Source of the DNA: the human T2T-CHM13v2.0 reference genome, Homo sapiens
Reading direction: 5' to 3' (one strand)
Assembly (NCBI RefSeq): GCF_009914755.1
Contig: NC_060927.1
Length of the DNA: 64,000 bases
A model generated the notes under the pieces. It did not search any database, had not been told where the DNA came from, and saw only the letters and a program-made list of their open reading frames with translations. The stretch's first letter is position 1. Every line of letters starts with the position of its first letter. Position numbers and translations under genes: made by a program. Shown here piece by piece: positions 62,722-64,000 of the stretch.

Positions 62722-64000
62722 AGAGGAGGAGGAGCAAGATGGCAGAATAGTACCCTTCAACCATCGTCCTCCTGCAGGAACACCAAATTGAACAACTATC
62801 CATGCAACAAAATACCTTCATAAGAACCAGAAATCAGGTGAGTGATCCTAGTACCTGGTTTTAACAGCATCTCAAGGAAAGAGGCATCGAAGAGGGTAGG
62901 AAAGACACTCTTGCATTGCCTACACCACCCCTTCCCTATCCCCTGGCAGTGTGCGGAGATAGAATCTGTGTGCTTGCAGGAGGAAGAGCAAAATGATTGT
63001 GGGACTTTGCATTGAAACTCCAGTGCTGTCATATCACAATGGAATACAACACAGGGCAGAATTCTGCCAGCACCCATGGAGGGAGCATTCAGACTAGCCC
63101 CAGCCAGAGGAGAATCTTCCGCCCCAGCGGTAGGAACCTGAGTTGCAGCTAGTTCCACCACCAGTTGAGTAAAGTGGACTTGGGTCCTGAATAAATTTGA
63201 AAGGCAGTCAGGCCACAGGACTGCATTCTTTTGGCACGTCCTGGCACTGTGCTGGGGTCAGAGCCTGTGGATTTGGGGTGCACACAACTCAGACACCAGC
63301 TCTGGTAGTGAAGGGATTGCCACTCCCACAACTTGAAGCAGTGGAGCTTGGGGAGGTGCTCTTTCCATTTGGGGAACGGAGAGGAAAGAGTACAGAATAT
63401 TGTGTCTTGCAACTTGAGCACTAGCTGAGCCACAGTAAAATAAAGCACCAGTCATTCCTGAAGCCTCCAATTCTAGGCCCTAGACCCTGGATGGTATTTA
63501 TAGCCCCACCCTGGGCCAGAAGGGAACCTACTGGCCCTGAAGGGAAGGGCCCAGTCTTGGAAGAATTTACCACCTACTGAGTAAAGAGCCCTTGGACCTT
63601 GAATAAATATCAGCGGTCGCCAGGCAGGAGTTGCCACATGCCTTGGGCAAGACCCAGTACTATGCTGTGTTCAGTTGTGACCCAGTCCAGTGCCAGCTGT
63701 GGTAGCCATGGGAGTGCTTGCACCACCCCTCCCTCAACTCCAGGCAGCCCATCATGGAGAGAGAGACTATTTGGGGGAAAGTGAAGGAAGAGAATGAGAG
63801 ATCGCCTAATAATCTAGGAAATTCCTCTCCATCTTACCCAAGCACACCAAGGTGAGACCTCCAGGAGCCTGCAAGGGTCACAGTCTTACTGGGCTTGGGG
63901 CTCCCTGTAGTGCAGATACGGCTGCAGTGACCAAAGACTTAGATTACAACACTCAATTTCCTTTGAATACCTGGAAAGCCTTCTCAAGAAGGACAGATAA
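62722..64000 (+). mobile_element. 5'UTR of an old L1 (L1PB/L1MA type), continuing past the window
   Basis: Starts GGAGGAGCAAGATGGCAGAATAG with the YY1-like CAAGATGGC of L1 promoters. Following sequence resembles old L1 5' ends. Confidence 0.7.

Overview
Primate (almost certainly human) genomic DNA containing the 5' part of the SUMO-specific protease gene SENP5 on the + strand: CpG-island promoter and non-coding exon 1 (donor after 15775), a 1544-nt exon 2 carrying the start codon, and coding exons 3-6 (628 codons in total). The exons encoding the catalytic His/Asp/Cys lie beyond the window. Most of the rest is interspersed repeat: about 85 Alu copies or fragments counted by eye, two decayed primate L1s, solo LTRs (MER11, THE1-type, LTR12F-like, MER21-like) and hAT MITEs. 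Nearly all ORFs in the supplied track are Alu/L1 shadows. I see no evidence for a new multi-gene system. The most unusual signals are: a 164-bp pericentromeric satellite II fragment inserted cleanly inside an intronic AluY; an Alu/ancient-L1/half-Alu composite inside a young LTR; palindromic repair scars; a near-consensus AluYa5; a fold-back hairpin in intron 1; and three possible layers of SENP5 regulation (overlapping uORF, exon-2 circle ORF, 124-codon read-through into intron 6). Repeat family names come from recalled consensus sequences, not from a database search.
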